Assembly (NCBI RefSeq): GCF_018977255.1
Contig: NW_024704743.1
Span: forward strand, 109,866,001-109,930,000
Length of the DNA: 64,000 nucleotides
Direction: 5' to 3'
Source of the DNA: Callorhinchus milii
Lineage: Eukaryota
Part shown: one piece after another, positions 50,161-63,375 of the stretch
Position numbering within the stretch: position 1 is the first letter of the stretch
How the letters are laid out: every line of letters begins with the position of its first letter
Made by a program: the position numbers and the translations under genes
Notes under the pieces: generated by a model
Database searches by the model: none
Told to the model about the DNA's origin: nothing
Seen by the model: the letters and a program-made list of their open reading frames with translations, nothing else

Positions 50161-52719
50161 ATTCTTAATTTTAAAAAAATTCTGTAACTTTCTTTGAAGT
50201 CTTCAGGAAAGTCTCAATTCAACAGTCTCTCAAATTCTGGGCACTCTAAAATCCTAAGTAAATACAGTAAATGCTGGTGGAATTTTACTCCATCATTTGT
50301 TAGTTGTCATGTACTGTACAACCGTGCTGCATTTTGTTTGGCATCTGAGGTCTGAAGACATAGATTAGCCAGCAAAACTATTTTAAAATGTTAAGGTCAC
50401 AAAAAATTCTGGAAGTCATTTCTTTTAAAATAAGAGCCAGAATCCAAATTCAGGCTAAATTTTACCAATTATCCCTAATGGTGTGCCATCTTACAATAGC
50501 TCCTGTGAAGTGTTTGAGATTTCCTCCTGATATATTAATTATATAGTGCAACAATTACTGTTGATCTTGTATCTTAATTTTTTTAGAAAAACAATCCTCC
50601 AAGCTGAAATTCCTTAGCGAGGAATGCTGGGCACACCGTAAGTGGAGCTTTCTCTGATCTACCACCTACTGACAGAAAGCACTCCCTAATCAGTACTGAC
50701 AGAGAGAGCTGGTTATAGTACAGCACATCACCACAGCAACCTCAGTTTCCTGAACCAGGTGGGTGGTATTTCCCACAGCTGACAATCTGTGAATAATGCT
50801 ACAAGTGAAATGACCTTTCCAATGATCTCTAATGATCTAAAAGTCAAATGTACATTTGAATCCTTATTTGCGCTAGCTAGTCCTGTTTATTTAGGCATTC
50901 CCGTTGAAATTTATCCCCATTGCTTGAAAATTGTGCAAAGCAGCCGCCTACTTACTTCAGGTGAGATATTGCTCTGTGTCTTCGATACAAGGGAAATGTA
51001 TTCCAAAGATAGGATAGAACTTATCATGGGAACATTAAAGGATACCTTGAGGATATTAATTAACTTGTCGCTCAACGTGTCCAAATTGTGTGATGCAGCA
51101 GCAAACAAGGCAAATGCGAATGCTGGGCCATATCATTAAATCAGTTGAGCAGATCATCATGTATTGTACAAGATATCCAGACCTCTAGTCAGGCAACACC
51201 CAGTGTATGGCAGGCCTGTTCACCACAACATCATGTGAGCTGCAGCACAGTAATCGGGTACTAAAGAGATGAGCTACTAAGTACGAAAAGATAAGCTAGG
51301 GTTCTTCAAAAGAGACATCACAGAGGGGATCTTATATAAGAGATATATAAGATATGTCAGTCAAGCTCAGTTGATAATACTCTCGCCTTTGAGTCGGAAG
51401 ATTGTGGATTCAAGCCCCACGTTAGGTCTTCAAGTCTAGGATGATACTCCAATGCAATGGTGGAGGTGTGTTCCATTGTTGAAGGTGTTGCCCTTCAAAT
51501 TAGACATGAAATCAAAGTTCCCGTATTTGCTTGTTCTGCGACTCTATTTGAAAAAAGAAGGCAGCTTCACTTGGTATCTGCACAAGCATGGACTCTTTAG
51601 GGGGAATGTCCCATTTCTGTGCCACATCACTCCATGTAACAATTTTGTGAGGTCCACAATGTTAATTTTGTTTGAATTCTATTGATCTAGCTTCAAAAAT
51701 CACTTTTGAATTTTAAGACAATATCTGTCTTAAATTTCTGTGGGGGTCCTGATGAAGGTTTACCAGCTAAAAGCATGCCATTATGAGCACTGTTGAGCAC
51801 TTGCGTGCTTCTTCTTAGACAGGATCAACCTTCCCATTAGGGTTTTGGCTTGAATGATTAACAGCAACCAATTTGGGTAGAGGAAGAGAAATGTAGTTAG
51901 TTAACTAATAATCATTAATATTTATTTACAATTTTGAAATTTGTAAATTTACAAATCGAAGAGGGGTAAAATGTAATCTTTTAATATATAACAATGCTTG
52001 ATATAGCACTTACAACATGGAAACACCTCAAAGTTATTTACTGGAAATGATGGTTGGTAGGCGATCAGAGAAAGCCATTCTGCTCACAGTAAAGTCATAC
52101 AAACAGCCATGAAGTGAATAATCAATGTGGAGAACTGTCAGGCACCTCCATCCTCTTTTCGAATAGTATAATAGGTTCTTTAAGACCTTGGTTTAACAAG
52201 ACTGAATCTCCAATAGTGCAGCGAACTCCCTAGTACTGTGCTGGAGTGTCAGCCTGGACTACAACACTCCTGGACTCAAGTTGCAGCCCACAACCTTGTG
52301 ACAATGGAGATTGTTATGTTACTACATAGAAAAACACAAAGTAACATCACTGAACTACAACATTAGATTTGGTACAACATGGAATTGGTTAACATACAAC
52401 AGTGATGAAAGAATTGCCTGCTCTCTGCTGTTGCAGAGAATTGTTCAACTTAATAGCTTCCTCCAGAAAGGCTTCTTTCTTTTGGTTAACACTGAAGAGT
52501 CAGACAATGTCAAATTTAGTCTTGTAAGTGGTCTGGTGCTTTGAATCAGAAGGAGTGAAGTGACAAAGGATACAGTAGGGATTCTCATCTTGAAGAAAGG
52601 ATAACAGATGAATCAGTGGACTAAATGCCTTAAGTGACAAATAGGAGGCAATCTATGTTCAACCCTCACAACCCCAGCTCCAACTCTTGTATAATTTGGG
52701 ACTGTATTATCATAACAAT

Positions 52720-53210
52720 AATAATAAATAATAATGTTCCTTGAGTTTAATTTAGCACTTTTCACATCGGGAGGACATCACAAAGTGTTTCACAGGATTT
52801 ACTGTGAAGGTGTAATAACTGTCCATTTTGTAGGGGAATGCCACAGCTAATATGCACATAGCACTGTACCACAAACAGCCATGAAGTGAATGACTATTCT
52901 TATCTGGAAGATTGTTAGCCAGGACACCAGAAGAAACTCCCTGCTTTTTTCAAACAGTGCACCTCGGTTTTAGCATCTCATCCAAAGGACAACACCTTCA
53001 ACAATCAAGAAAAAACTAGAAACGCACTGTTGATTGAATACGTTACTTAGACTAGAGCAAATGTTCGGCTGACCATTACTTAACGGTCTGCAAACCATGG
53101 GTTGGCCATCACTGATCTAGACTATATGTTCAGGACCCTGACATAGGCTTGAACCCACAATTTTCTGACTCAGAGGAGAGAGTGCTACTAACTAATGTAG
53201 GCTGACAGAA
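52720..53210 (-). mobile_element. Deu-domain SINE
   Basis: Tail, core and head on the minus strand. Confidence 0.7.
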
Positions 53211-53699
53211 GCTATGGGACCCAATTTGTGTAATAGGCTACCACGTGAAAACTCATGTGCACAAGGGAAATACAGCTGCCTTGTCCCAAAAGAAAGAGTG
53301 CTACCAACTGAGCTAAGCTGACACAAGCCAGGCTACTTACTCATATCATGGGATATTTTCAGGTAGGAACTATTTGCGATTCCCATAAAGTGGAAAATAA
53401 GGAATGTAAAGCTTCCACTGATTCCAATTTAATCTACAATTATAATAACTTTGCAGCCTCCCTTACTACAAAAGGTGACTCTATCCCCAATATAATTTTT
53501 CCATCTCTTGTAAATAATTTAAAATATGAACGTCCTCCAGCACATTCTGCAATGCATAATGCGATCAGCTGCTCTCTCTCCCAAAATTATATTCAGTAAC
53601 GTTAGCATGCAGTACATATCTCACAAAGGTTAATTATAAATAATTGTTTTTCTATCTACACTACAATAATACACTACTATTTTCTATATATATGTTTTA

Positions 53700-54005
53700 G
53701 TCAGTCGGATATCTGAAACATATGAAAACCCATGAACATGCTTAGGAGTATCCAAACCAAACTACATATACACAAAAAATTGCCTTGTGTTTGGAATGAA
53801 ATGCATGCACACCCCTATTCCAAGGTTGACAAAGCTTAGGGAACTCAGAGAGGGTAATTGCTAAAAGTTACATAGCTTGCCATTGAGAGCACTGTCTAGC
53901 AAGTGTCTTGCTGCTTGTCCAGCAAGAACCACACTATCCATTAGAGTGTTGGCTTGCAGGCTTAACAAGAGCTGAGTGGGACAGATTCCTGGTCCCAGTG
54001 ACCAA
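53700..54005 (+). repeat. Unclassified interspersed repeat copy
   Basis: catgcttaggagtatccaaacc...cttgccattga...cttgtccagcaagaacc. Confidence 0.72.
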
Positions 54006-54496
54006 GGAGTTACTGAGATTAATTTGATATTTAGTGAAATGGACCCACTGCCCAATATCCATCTCGTTCCCAATGGTGAAGTCTGCGAAGTTGGGCATAT
54101 GGCAATGGACATCCAATCTGCAGAACATCCTGGCATCAAGCTAATCGGTAGCCAAAGGCAACTTTCACAGTCGATGCCATTGAGTACTGTGTGTATGTAC
54201 CCTCATTATAGGACACTCAAGAGTGTGGGTCAGGTCACTATTGATGTTACCTCCTGTGCATTGCACTTAACTTGGAAACAGGGAAATGAGGCTCTGAGGT
54301 TTCTGTGAGAGGAGACTTAACCCAGAAATGGGGGAGGTGACTTAATTTGGGTTGGAACACAGGATTTGTTTTCTGCCAGGTATTTCATTATAACCTTGAT
54401 TATAGATATCATAATAGAGAGTGTAATTTCCATTATGCAATATTTTCAGTGCGCCTTTAATTAATCTCTAATATATAGAGCAAACATTGTGATTAA

Positions 54497-57400
54497 TTTA
54501 CACTAATAAAATGACAATGTCTGTGTGTGTATGTGTGTGTGTGTGTGTATGTGTATCAGCCAAGATCTCAATAACCGATTGACGTAGATACATGATTTAT
54601 ACCTCATCGGAAAGGTCTTGCATCTGGGAGTGTCCTGGGTATTTTTGTTTTTGGAGATCTTCTATCATAGATGAGCTATGATCTAAACAAACTCATCACA
54701 CATGAGTGGCGTTTTGGGTCATATTGGGTAAATGTCGAATGTATGTGCCCACTGTGGAGCCATGAAATGGGCAAAAGAAGTTCCTTCCATGTATTGCTCG
54801 CTTAGTAAGGTGAAAGCAGAGCAAATCACAGAGCCACCTACACCCCTGAAAATCTGCTGGATGACACATCAAGTGATTCTAAGCATTTTCTAGTAAACTT
54901 TAGGCAACACAATTTGTGCTTCCAGATGACCTTTTTTGGCGCAATTAGAGAAATTAAAGAGCCAGACTACATTTAAAGTGCAAGGCCAAATGTATCACTT
55001 ATCAGGATCTCTAAACACTTTGCCTAATGAGTCGTCAAAATTCTTGCAGATCTACTTCATGGTGAACTGAGCCATGCAATGTTGAAGCAATGTTCTGGCG
55101 TTGAACAAAGCCCTCATATTAGATCTGTAAAACATGCTTCACGATAGTAACACATGTGTCAGGAGCTTCACGTCCGCAATGGAAAGAATGACTGCAGAAG
55201 ATTATAGGATAATCATCCACATACATAATTGACATCCAGTGGTTCAACACCTTCAGGTTCACCTTGAAAATTTTTACGCAAGCAAATGTTCGGGAACATT
55301 CATTTGAACCTCCGAAAACTACACTAACTGCATTCTTCAAAACAAGAAGTGGAAGAGAAGGGTTCAAGGTACTCCTGTTGAAGGCTATCCAGTGACACAC
55401 TCGGCAGGGTATACAAAGTGCATTCAAACAACTTTGAATGCTACTTCCTAATGCTTTTGCTGCACGCTGTGAGATGCCCAACAAGCTATAAGGAGCTTAA
55501 AACTGTTGATGACGAAGTCTGCAATACTTTCCAAGAAGCATGCCATTGCAAGAGTCTCCTAGAAGATGATGCCCACTGGAACTCGACATTAGAAGAAGCA
55601 GCTGTGGCACTGTCTACCATCAGACTGAGGGATTTGTTTGCCATCATGCTGCACACCTGTGGTCAGTCTAATCCAAGACAGCTGTGGAAAAGCCACAAAG
55701 AAAGCATCTCAGAAGAAGTTTTCCATCAACTACGTAGTCAAATCCACAAACTGAGTTGGACTAGAGTGATGCCGTCTTCAACCAGGCTCTCATACACTTG
55801 AAGACAAGCTAATGGCATTGGGGGGAAAGGCATCGCCATACTATGTTCTGCCCTGTACTCACATAACAGAAGATGTCAGAGAAATTTTGTGGGAAATCAA
55901 CTATAACCAAGATGAAATGCATCACTTTGTCCAGAAGAGAGAATCGACCCTGATAGAAGATCAAGCTGATAGAAGATCAGAGAATCCTTCGCAAAGTTGA
56001 CACAATGAAGGAGGCATTATCTTTCTTGATGCACCTGGAAAAACAAGAAAAACATACCTCTTCAATCTCATCTTGGTCCAGGGGCCAAATGCACTTGCTG
56101 TTGCGTCCTCTGATACTGCAGCAACTCTACTTACTAGTGGCAGAACAGCCTATTCTGCCTTCAAGCTGCCACTGAACCTTTCTCATAAAGAGGATCCAGT
56201 GTGCAATATCAAGAAGGGTACAGCTGCAGCCACATTTATCAAGGAATGTAAAACCATCATGTGGGATGAATGCACCATGTCGCACAATCGTGCCTTTGAG
56301 GCTCTGGACAGGACACTTCAGGACATCAGGGAAAACACCCAGATAATGGGAGAGATGACACTTATTTTGTCAGGAGACTTCCACCAGATACTACCTGTCA
56401 TACAATGTGGTACCCATGCTGATGACCTGACTGCCAGTCTTAAGTCTTCCAGGCTGTGGGTTTGTGTGGAGAAGATGAGCCTTGGGATAAAAATGCAAGT
56501 CCATCTTCATCGCAGTTCTGCAGCTGGGGCATATGCTGACCTCCTTCTGTAAATTGGGGATGGCAAAGTTCAAGTGGATCCAAAGATGACTAAATTCAGA
56601 TCCCCAAAGGTTGTGGGACCATTGCACAAGATATAACAGAGCTCAAAAACAATTTTTTCGCGAACCTCAGCCATAACTACACAAACCATAAGTGATTGTG
56701 TCAATGAGCAATCCTTGCTCCAGAAAATCAGTCTGCCAGCAAGATCAATTTCCAGCTAGTCAGTGACATCCCTGGCCAAGAAACTGTGCGCAAGTCCATA
56801 GATACTGTTCCTGACATTGAAAATGGTGTCAACTACCCAACTGAGTTTTTAAACTCTTTGGAACCAACCGGTATGCCTCCACACAAACTCATACTCAAGG
56901 TTGGATACATAGTCATGCTGCTGAGGAATCTAGATGCACTGAAGCTATGCAATGCGCAAGGTTGGTAGTAAAGCAGTTGATGCCACGTTATAGAAGCAAC
57001 TATTCTGACTGTTCAGTTCAAAAGGGAAGATGTATTTATTCCTCGCATCCCACTGTTCTCAAGTGACTACCCGTTTGAGTTCAAAAGGCTTCAATTCCCT
57101 GTTCAAATGTGTTTTGCCATGTCAATTAACAAAGCACACGGGCAGGTTTGCTGGCCTTCTCTTGAATACACCCTGTTTTTCCCAATGACAATTCTATGTT
57201 GGATGCTCACAATTAGGTTCATCTCAAAACCTGTACATCATGGCTGAAGGAGGAAAATCTGCAAATGCTGTCTACACGGAAACCTTGCAATAACTCGAGG
57301 AATTGACGATCACACAGTAAACCCCTTTCGTTAGCGTAGCTTTGATAAGATCTTCTATCATTCATGAGCTATGACCCTTTGGTAGGATCTTCTATCATTG

Positions 57401-57565
57401 ATGAGCTATGACCTAAACAAGCTCATCAAACATTTATGGCAGTTTTGCTTAAAGTGTACACACTGTGTTTATGTTTTGTCAAATGGTTTGTGAGTGGTAT
57501 CACTGAAATCTACATTCGATATTGGATCCTTTGGTTCCAAGCGTAGCTGCAACGGGTACAGCTAG
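54497..57565 (+). mobile_element. Helitron, internally deleted and decayed
   Basis: The 3' end GCAACGGGTACAGCTAG|T has terminal CTAG followed by T. The 5' region tttacactaataaaatgacaatgtctgtgtg is Helitron-like (start approximate). It contains RepHel remnants. Confidence 0.88.
54732..57293 (+). pseudogene. Disrupted Helitron RepHel (N-terminal region plus PIF1-family helicase)
   Basis: Fragments include CAHCGAMKW, FKVQGQMYHLSGSL, LLLHAVRCPTSYKELKTV, a degenerate Walker A (FLDAPGKTRKTY), WDECTM, SGDFHQILPV, EFLNSLEPTGMPPHKLILKVG and FAMSINKAHGQ, with many stops and frameshifts. Confidence 0.9.
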
Positions 57566-57859
57566 TTTATAATAATCGTGGTTTTGTTCAAAAATCATAA
57601 GGCTCTTCTTCATAACCATGATAATCAATCCAGATAAATCAGTCCATATGAATCATATGAAATTCATGCATTCAGTTTTTATTTCAAGGTATTCTAATTC
57701 CCACTTTGTATTTCTCACAATAAATTGTGCACATTCCTGTGAGAGGAGACTTAACCAGGAATTGTGAGGGTGACTTAATTTGGGTTTGAATACTTGGTCA
57801 TTATGATTTGGTTTAGTGGACCTGTGCAAAAGGAGAAAATGAGCCTTAATGTGTGCTCT

Positions 57860-58204
57860 GGAGATCTTGCTTGCTCTCTCCACTCAGCGGGCTCTGGCCT
57901 GTTTTTTCCCCTGCCTTGCTCATCTCACTATTGGCGGGCGGGCCTTCCATTACTCTGCTCCCACCCTGTGGAATTCCATCCCGCAGTCCCTCCGCCTTAC
58001 CCCCTCCCTTGGCGGCTTCAAGACCAATCTCAAGACCCTCCTCTTCGACTGTGCTTTTGATCTCCCTGCTTCCCCCTCTGCCCTCCACTCTCTCCCACCC
58101 GGACCCCCAGCTCAGGTCCGTAACTCTGTCTGTCCAGCGCCTTTGGTAGTCCTCCTGATGTGAGAGGTGCTTTACAAATGTAATATTGTTGTTGTTGTTG
58201 TTGT
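57860..58204 (+). mobile_element. L2 3' fragment
   Basis: TIGGRAFHYSAPTLWNSIP...FKTNLKTLLFD and a (TTG)n tail. Confidence 0.85.
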
Positions 58205-59541
58205 GACAAATTTTTGACTTGAGTATTTAACACTTGAGAGGAATGGTAGAGAGTGAGGGGAGGGGATAGTGAGGATAGCCTGGATTAGACGCTGTGTCTT
58301 GTTGGAGAAGAACCCTAAAGCAGACTGAATGCACTGAATGGCCTGTTTCTGTGATGATGAATTCATCTTGGCTGTGGGGAGTCTTGCTGTGTGTATTTGG
58401 AAATCACCTTTGTCTACAAATACAGAATTGCTACATAAAGCAGCAATTCCCCTTAAAGACCTTTGAGGTACTTTGGAATTCTAAGTGCTATGTAAAATTG
58501 CAAGGATTATTTGGTGTCAGTCTGGCTCACTCAGTTTGTTGCACCCCTACCTCAGTATCAGAATATAAATAATCATTGTATTTGGTATAGCTCCTTATCA
58601 CATCAGAAGGACATCTCAAAGCGCATCATAGGATATATGATCAAATGCATTGTATTTGTTGGCAAATACCGCAGCACAATTGTGCATAGCAATGTCCCAC
58701 AAACAGCCATGAAACAAATGATCAATTTTATTGTGGGTTTGTGGGTTCAAGCCCTATGTCAGGACTTTGAACTCCATGGTCTTCTGACACTCCATTGTCA
58801 GAAGTGCCGCCCTTTAATTGACACATTAAACTGAACTTTTGTCTGTCTGTTCAAGTGGACATTAACGTTCCTGTGATTCTACTTCAAAAGAGAAGGGAGA
58901 CTCTGCTGGTGTTTTGGCCAACATTTCTTCAAATAAAATTGATCATTCACTTCATGACTGTTTTGGGGATCTTGCAGTACATAAATAGTCTGTACATTCG
59001 TCTACAAAATACACAATAAATTCCGTGAAAGGTTTTGATGATATGATTGACGCTATATCGAATGCTAGGACTATCAATCACACAGATTTGTTTTTAATCT
59101 TTTAAGATTGTGCAGAACATTTATAAATTAAGTCATAATTTGGAAGCCAGTTTTTTTAACTATGCTTAAATCTAAAAGAAAACTGAATTTAAGTTTTCTT
59201 TTCTGTGCCATAATAACATTTAAGATAAAATGGTCTTATTGCTAAGCCTCTGTGAAATTGCAGGCCTTCTGGTTATATTGACCCCTATTTCAGATGAGTT
59301 TTGCAGGGGACAAAGACATTTCAGTGCTGCATTATTGCTGGTGTCTCAGTATGGTCAAAATCTTCAACAATAGTTGATTTGGTTGGCATGTTTCTCCTCA
59401 GGCACTACTTACATATTAATTACTAGAAATTCACATTTTTTACATATTTAATTATCACAAAGTAAGGATAGTGCTGATGTAACCAATTCCACTGTAAATG
59501 CAAAATGACTGAGGCAGCATTTTTTTTTCCAGTTAGGTCCT

Positions 59542-59790
59542 GTTAACCCTACAAGCCAAAGACCTAAAGGGTAGGGGGTCCTAGCTGGATAAGCAGTGGT
59601 TAGCTTGCCAGACAATGCTATCAATGGCAAGCTTTGTGTTTTTTGCTGGTTAAACCCTAACAGTGCTCCCAATGCACAAGCCATGGCTCTCACCGCCCTC
59701 CAGCAATACATTCCAGAATGCTCGTTGGTGCATCCTTCCATGAGGAGAATGTCCATTCTCCATGCGTAGGTGACATGAATGCTTGGAAAC
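59542..59790 (-). repeat. Unclassified interspersed repeat copy
   Basis: ttaaccctacaagccaaa...tcaatggcaagct...gctggttaa. Confidence 0.7.
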
Positions 59791-60904
59791 TTTTAAGCAA
59801 AGGTCCCCAAACATTTTTTACTGTGTCCCTCTTCGCAGATTCATATCCCATGCACACCCCTCTTTCTAAGAAATAGTATTTTTGCATGGAACAAGATGAT
59901 TTTATTTGCTCGGCTAATATAACATATTGGTTAAGACAGGAAGCAACATTTAAAGCAACGGTCCACTATTCAATTACTGAAGCCCTACATTTTTTACAAC
60001 ACGTGTATCTACCATTAAATGCAGATAATATTGAATAATAAAAAATACATAATACATTACACAAATGCACTTACCTCATGCTCCTGCTCTTTTCCTGTTG
60101 CTCTCCACAAGGCATCTCAGAGAGCAACTGGAAGGTAGTCAGAATGGGAGGCAGGAGCTAGCGTGGGGAGCCTGAATCCCCAGTGACTATCTCCTGTCGA
60201 GACCTTTGTGTTGCCTATATTTGCTTGTTGGACAATGAAGTTGGAAGTGGGTTGGGGGCTGGATAAAAGCATCCCAGGGGCCTGACGTGGTTCGAAGTTG
60301 GACCACCCTGAGCTAAATATTGAACTAAATTGAGTCCATTGACGAATGCTTTTGTGATTCCCTCTATAAATATCTATTGACTCTCTCAACAGTACACCTG
60401 CAAAATATAGTCAACTACTACACTTTACAGTAAATCTTGTGAAGTGTTTTGAGAATCCTTACGATGTGAAAAGCTCTATATCAAATGTTTAAGATTGTAC
60501 AGAATTTTGGAAAACTCGATTCCTTTTTTAGGGACTTCATAAAACCATCTAACAAATAAGATTGATATCAAACTGCTTCTCCATTCAGCCATAGAGCCTC
60601 CTGTTCCCAACTGAAACCATCTGCTCTGCTCTAAATCCCAATTTGTCGCAAGATCACTACATACTTTTCAACCATTTCAAATATTTATCCAATTTACTTT
60701 TAAATGTTGTCATGGTCTTAATCTGAAATAGCATTGTAGTCCTATATATGAATTCCCCTCTGTCGGAAAATGATCGGCCTCTAACTCTTCCAGTGACAAT
60801 GTTGATCTTATGAATCCTTCTCAGTAATTTCCTTATGTTTGACATAGTGCCTTTCATATCGGGAGGACATCTCAAAGCACTTCTTCACAGGATATAATAT
60901 AAAC

Positions 60905-63375
60905 TCAAACCAAATAGTGGGAAGGAGATAGACGAGCAAATCTGTAAGCAAATTTCAGAAAGATGCAAAACCAATAGAGTAGTGATAATGGGAGACTTCA
61001 ATTATTCTAACATAGAATGGCAAATTAACAGTGTAAAGGGGAAGGAGGGGGAAGGATGGGGAAGGATTCCTGAAATGTATGCAGAATAACTTTCTGGATC
61101 AGTATGTTTCCAGCCTAACGAGGAAGGAAGCAGTGCTGGATCTAGTTCTGGGGAATGAAGTGAGCAAGTGAATCAGATTTCAGAAGGAGAAATGATCACA
61201 ACATCATCAGACTTAGAGTACTTATGGAAAGGGACAAGGACCAATCAAAGGTGAAGATACTCAAGTGGAAGAGGGCTAATTTCAGTGAGTTGAAAAGGGA
61301 CCAAGCCAAGGTGGACTGGGAAGAAAGATTGGCAGGTAAAACAGCTAACGAGCAATGGGAAGCCTTCAAGGAGGACAGAACAAATACATTCCCACAACAA
61401 CAACAACTTGGATTTATATAGTGCCCTCCATGCCAGATGGCGTCTCAGAGCACTTCACAGTAACGGATCCTGGGGCTGAGCCAGGGGGAGGGGGAGGAAG
61501 GTGACCAAATGCGCGGTCGAAAAGAAAGGTCTTCAGCAGAGACCTGAACATAGGAAGAGAGGGAGCGAGATGAAGGGAGTGAGAAGGGAGTTCAAAGGGG
61601 AAAGGTAGAGCATCCAAACCTTCCTGGATGAATAAGGAAATTGGAATTAAAGTAAAACAGAAAAAGAAGGCTTATGATAAATATCCAGTCCAAAACACAG
61701 AAGATAATCAAATAGTATATAGAAAGTACAGAGAAGAACTGAAAAGGAAATAAGAGGGGCAAAGAGATTGTATGAGAAAAGACTAGTGGGTAACATAAAA
61801 GGAAACACTAAGGCATTTTATAAGCTTATAAAGAATAAAAGGTTAGTCAAAGGTAGAGTGAGGCCAATTAGGGACCAAAAGGAAATCTTCTTGTGGAGGC
61901 AGAGGGCATGGATGACGTACTGAATGAGTACTTTGCACAAAAGAAGAGGATGCAGCCAATGCCACAGTATCGGAGGAGAGGATAGAGAAATTGGATACAA
62001 TGAGAATAAACCGAGAGGAAGTACTAAAAAGGTTGACAGTGCTCAGGTAGATAAGTCACCCGGTCCAGACAGGATGCATCCTCGGTTACTGAGGGAAGTA
62101 AGGTAAGGACAGAAATAATAGAGGCTCTGGCCACAATCTTTCAATCCTCCTTGGACACCGGGGTGATGCCAGAGGACTGGATGGTTGTGTTACTCCCCTG
62201 TACAAACAGGGCAGAAGGATAAATCCGGGAACTATAGGCCAGTCAGCCTAACATCAGCAGTGGAGAAACTTCTAGAGACTATAATCCAGGACAAATAAAT
62301 TTTCACTTAGAAAAATATGGGTTAATAAAGGACAGCCAACACGGATTTGTTAAAAGGAAATCATGTATAACAAACCTGACAGAGTTTTTTGATGAATTAA
62401 TGGAGAGGGCAGATGAAGGTAGTGCAGTTGATGTAGGTTTTATGTATTTTCAAAAGGCATTTGATAAAGTACCACATAAGAGACTTGTAAGCAAAATAGA
62501 AGCCCATGGTATTAAAGGGACAGTGGCAGCATGGAAACAGAACTGACTGGGAGACAGAAAGCAGAGAGTGGTGGTGAACGGTTGTCCAGTGGTGTCCCCC
62601 AGGGGTCGGTATTGGGACCATTGCTGTTTTTGATCTAGAATTTTAAAGTGGGTAAAAGAACAGAGAGACCTGGCGTTTCATATAAGTAAATCTTTGAAGG
62701 TGGCAGGACAGATAGATAAAGCTGTTAAAAAAGCATATGGGATACTTGGCTTTGTAAATAGGAGCATAGAATACAAAAGTCAGGAAGTTATGATGAACCT
62801 TTATAAAACATTGGTTAGACCTCAGCTGGAATACTTGTTCAGTTCTGGGCATCACACTTTAGGAAGGTTGTCAAGGCATTGGAGACAGTGCAAAGGCGAT
62901 GTACCAGGATGGTACGAGGAATGAGGTAATTCAGTTGTCAGGAAAGGCTGGAGAAACTAGGATTATTCTCCTTGGATCAGAGGAGGTTAAGAGGAGACTC
63001 AATAGAAATTTTCAAAATTATGAGGGGATTGAAAAGGGTGAACAAGAAGAAACTATTTCCACTGGCGGGTGGGTCGGTAACCCAAGGACACCGATTTAAA
63101 ATAGTTGTTAAAAGAAACAGAGGGGAGCTGAGGAAACATTTTTTCACACAGTAAGTTGTCCAGATCTGGAATTCATGGCCTGAAAATGTGGTGGAAGCCA
63201 ATTTGATAACAACTTTTAAGAGAGAAGTAGATAATTATTTGGGGAGGATCAATTTGCAGGGCTATGGGGAGAGAGCTAGAGAGTGGGATTGATTTGGATG
63301 GCTCTTTTCAAAGAGGCAGCACAGATACGATGGGCTGAACGGCCTCCTTCTGTGCTGTATAATTCTATGATTCTA
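60905..63375 (+). mobile_element. CR1 LINE, decayed (endonuclease plus RT ORF2 remnants and 3' tail)
   Basis: Fragments VIMGDFNYSNI, DKSPGPDRMHPRLLRE, GNYRPVSLTS, QHGFVKRKSC, FQKAFDKVPH and LYKTLVRPQLEY; ends ttctatgattcta. An internal deletion near 62640 removes the catalytic-motif region. Confidence 0.92.
61394..61594 (-). mobile_element. L2 3' fragment nested in the CR1
   Basis: (CAA)n tail and L2 3' end closely similar to 40147-40345; CR1 sequence continues on both sides. Confidence 0.85.

Noticed and set aside
51749..51775. Third hammerhead-like CTGATGA motif
   Set aside because: No GAAA box or convincing stems.
56073..56552. Cellular PIF1 helicase gene
   Set aside because: Intronless, disrupted and enclosed by Helitron termini.
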